From Halodesulfurarchaeum sp. (GTDB lineage Archaea; Halobacteriota; Halobacteria; Halobacteriales; Halobacteriaceae), in contig JBDGUI010000031.1 in NCBI GenBank assembly GCA_042216015.1, forward strand, positions 1 through 18,161: a DNA stretch of 18,161 bases, given 5' to 3'. This document shows positions 16,184 to 18,161 of the stretch, piece by piece. The translations under genes and the position numbers were made by a program. The stretch's first letter is position 1; the number at the start of each line of letters is the position of its first letter. Below the pieces are notes generated by a model. It saw only the letters and a list, made by a program, of their open reading frames with translations. It was not told the DNA's origin and made no database searches.

Positions 16184-16613
16184 ATGGCACATCGACGCGA
16201 GTTCCTCCGGACGGCCGCCACCGGCGGCCTCGTGTTGGTCGCCGGCTGTTCGGGAGGGGGCACCGACTCCGGAAGTGGGACCACAAACACCGGGAAACCG
16301 ACAGTCACGATGACCCAGTCCCAGTTCGATCCGCGAAATCTCTCCGTCGAGACCGGGGCAACCGTCACCTGGACGAACGATTCGGGCGTCGATCACACGG
16401 TGACCAGTGCCTCGGCGAACTGGAAGAAAGACGTCGTGGTGTCGAGCGGCGAGGAGACCACACACCTTCGAGGAGAGCGGCGTCTACGAGGCGTACTGCT
16501 CGTATCACGGTTCCGCATCCCTCTCGGGGATGAGCATGAAAATCGCGGTCGGCGACGCGACCATCGAGGACCCGCTCGGCGAATCGAGCGACGGGGACGG
16601 CGGCATTTACTGA
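16184..16613 (+). pseudogene. Halocyanin/plastocyanin-like blue copper Tat lipoprotein, frameshifted near 16459-16465
   Basis: Frame 1 has the HRREFL Tat motif, VAGC lipobox, FDPRNL.V..G.TVTWTN and DHTVT. Frame 2 has HTFEESGVYEAYCSYH...GM. The break falls in a CACACAC run. A sequencing error is also possible. Confidence 0.8.
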
Positions 16614-16649
16614 GTGACCGTTCCGGCCCCGGACTTCCCCGTGGATCCG

Positions 16650-18026
16650 TCAGACCAGCGGCTCCACCAGCTCCCGGCCGGCCGCGAGGAGGGCCTCGAC
16701 GCGTTCCTCGCTTTCCGCCTCGGCGTAGACCCGCATCTTCGGCTCCGTGCCGCTCGGGCGCACCAGGAGCCAGGAGCCGTCCTCGAGCAGCGCCTTCACG
16801 CCGTCGGCCGGGTTGACGTCCTCGACCGCCCGGTCCGCGATGGTCTCGGGCAGGCTCCCCTCCAGCTCGGCGATCACGCCCTCCTTCTCGGCGTCGGGGC
16901 AATCGACGCTCACCTTGTCCTGGTGGATCTCCCCGTGTTCGGCTCGGAGGGCGTCGAGCCGGTCGTCGTATGGCCGCTCGGCCTCGGTCGCCGCCGCGAG
17001 GAGCGCCATGAGGACGCCGTCCTTCTCGCGGATGTGGCCGCGGATCGAGAACCCGCCGGACTCCTCGCCGCCCATCAGCGCGTCGTGTTCCTTCATGGCC
17101 CGGGCGACCCACTTGAACCCGACCGGCGTCTCGATCACCCGCTCGCCGTGGGCCGTCGCGACCCGGTCGATGAGAAAGGTCGTCGAGACGGTCCGGACCG
17201 CCGACCCGGACTGGGATTCGAGCAGGCGATCGTAGGTCGCGGCGAAGAACAGGTTCTCGTCGAGATAGCCCCGCTCGGGCGTCACGACCGCCAGCCGGTC
17301 CGCGTCGCCGTCGTTCGCGATCCCGATGTCGGCGCCGGTCTCTCTGACCGCCTCGACGAGGTTTCGGAGGTTCTCGGCGCTCGGCTCCGGCGGCGTGCCG
17401 CCAAAGGTCGGATGGAGTTTGCCTCGCCGGCGGGTGACCGTCGCCCCGGCGTCCTCGAGCAGCCGATCCGTGACCCCGCGACCGCTGCCGTGCATCGCGT
17501 CGTAGACGACGTGCAGCCCCTCGAGGTCGGGGTCGATCAGCTCCATCGCGTGGCTCGCGTGTGGCTCGCGGTAGTCGACCTCGCGGATCGAGCCCCACTC
17601 GGCCTCGGGCAGCGGGTCGGGGTCGGACAGCCGCGATTCGATATCGTCGGTCGTCTCGGGCATCGCGGGCGCGGCATCGGCCGGAAAGAACTTGATGCCG
17701 TTGTACTCAGGCGGGTTGTGCGAGGCCGAGATCACGAGCCCGCCGGCGAGCTCGCGGTCCGCGATCGCGTAGGCCACGAGCGGCGTCGGGACGTCACGTT
17801 CGGGGAGCAGGACGTCGAAGCCGTTGGCGGCGAGCACCCGGCTTGCCTCCCTGGCGAAGCCCCGGGAGGTCTCCCGGGCGTCGTAGCCCACCGCGACCGG
17901 GCGGTCGGCGAGACCTTCGGCCCGGAGGTGGGACGCGGTGGCCTGGGCGACCATCCGTACCCGTCGGTCCGTGAAGGTGTCGAGGGTCGCCCGCCAGCCC
18001 GAGGTGCCAAACGAGATCTGATCCAT
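16650..18026 (-). CDS. Phosphoglucomutase/phosphomannomutase family phosphohexomutase
   Basis: FGTSGWR, SASHNP phosphoserine loop, DGDADR metal loop, GEESGG sugar loop and RPSGTEP. Start ATG 18026. Confidence 0.95.
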   Translation of the reverse strand: MDQISFGTSGWRATLDTFTDRRVRMVAQATASHLRAEGLADRPVAVGYDARETSRGFAREASRVLAANGFDVLLPERDVPTPLVAYAIADRELAGGLVISASHNPPEYNGIKFFPADAAPAMPETTDDIESRLSDPDPLPEAEWGSIREVDYREPHASHAMELIDPDLEGLHVVYDAMHGSGRGVTDRLLEDAGATVTRRRGKLHPTFGGTPPEPSAENLRNLVEAVRETGADIGIANDGDADRLAVVTPERGYLDENLFFAATYDRLLESQSGSAVRTVSTTFLIDRVATAHGERVIETPVGFKWVARAMKEHDALMGGEESGGFSIRGHIREKDGVLMALLAAATEAERPYDDRLDALRAEHGEIHQDKVSVDCPDAEKEGVIAELEGSLPETIADRAVEDVNPADGVKALLEDGSWLLVRPSGTEPKMRVYAEAESEERVEALLAAGRELVEPLV

Positions 18027-18161
18027 GGTCGGGCGATGGTGGGGGGTGGAAAAAACCGTGCCGATCCCTCGAATACCCGGTTCGGGTTTTCTGCCCACTG
18101 AGACGATCGACCGCGTCTCCGTCGAGGACTTCGAAACGACGATCCGGGAATGCCTCCGAAC

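Noticed and set aside
16073..16816. 247-aa ORF as an intact gene
   Set aside because: It is the cupredoxin N-terminal half plus out-of-frame readthrough; explained by the frameshift.
18058..18161. Open plus-strand frame running off the right edge (...TETIDRVSVEDFETTIRECLR)
   Set aside because: It reads protein-like, but the start is uncertain (GTG 18058 is only about 30 nt from the divergent start at 18026) and it is too short to assign; needs the next window.

Overview
High-GC haloarchaeal (Halobacteria) chromosomal DNA, judged from acidic proteins, archaeal-type genes and TATA-like boxes about 25-30 bp before mostly leaderless starts. The backbone is housekeeping: htpX-pspAB, nmd3-taw2, a PHP phosphoesterase, alaS, RFC small subunit, samp2-GNAT and a phosphohexomutase. 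Interleaved are probable accessory genes: a MATE transporter, a membrane-anchored bactofilin-like protein, arsR-arsM, a short MscS-type channel, a TIGR00725/LOG protein and a frameshifted halocyanin-like lipoprotein. Four small proteins of 27-68 aa cluster at 6.08-7.72 kb; three are missing from the ORF track. Most notable points: a SAMP2 with Gln at both positions where Haloferax SAMP2 has Lys; a synonymously diverged tandem copy of the last 8 codons of pspAB; an exact TTTCACTTTCA UV-response-type motif before a gene leaving the left edge (possibly radA); a CA-repeat frameshift in the copper lipoprotein; and a 22-bp tandem repeat beside the rfcS promoter. No rRNA, tRNA, CRISPR array, transposase, integrase or intein was seen. 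No wholly new system can be proven from sequence alone. All family assignments come from motif recognition and recall, not database searches.
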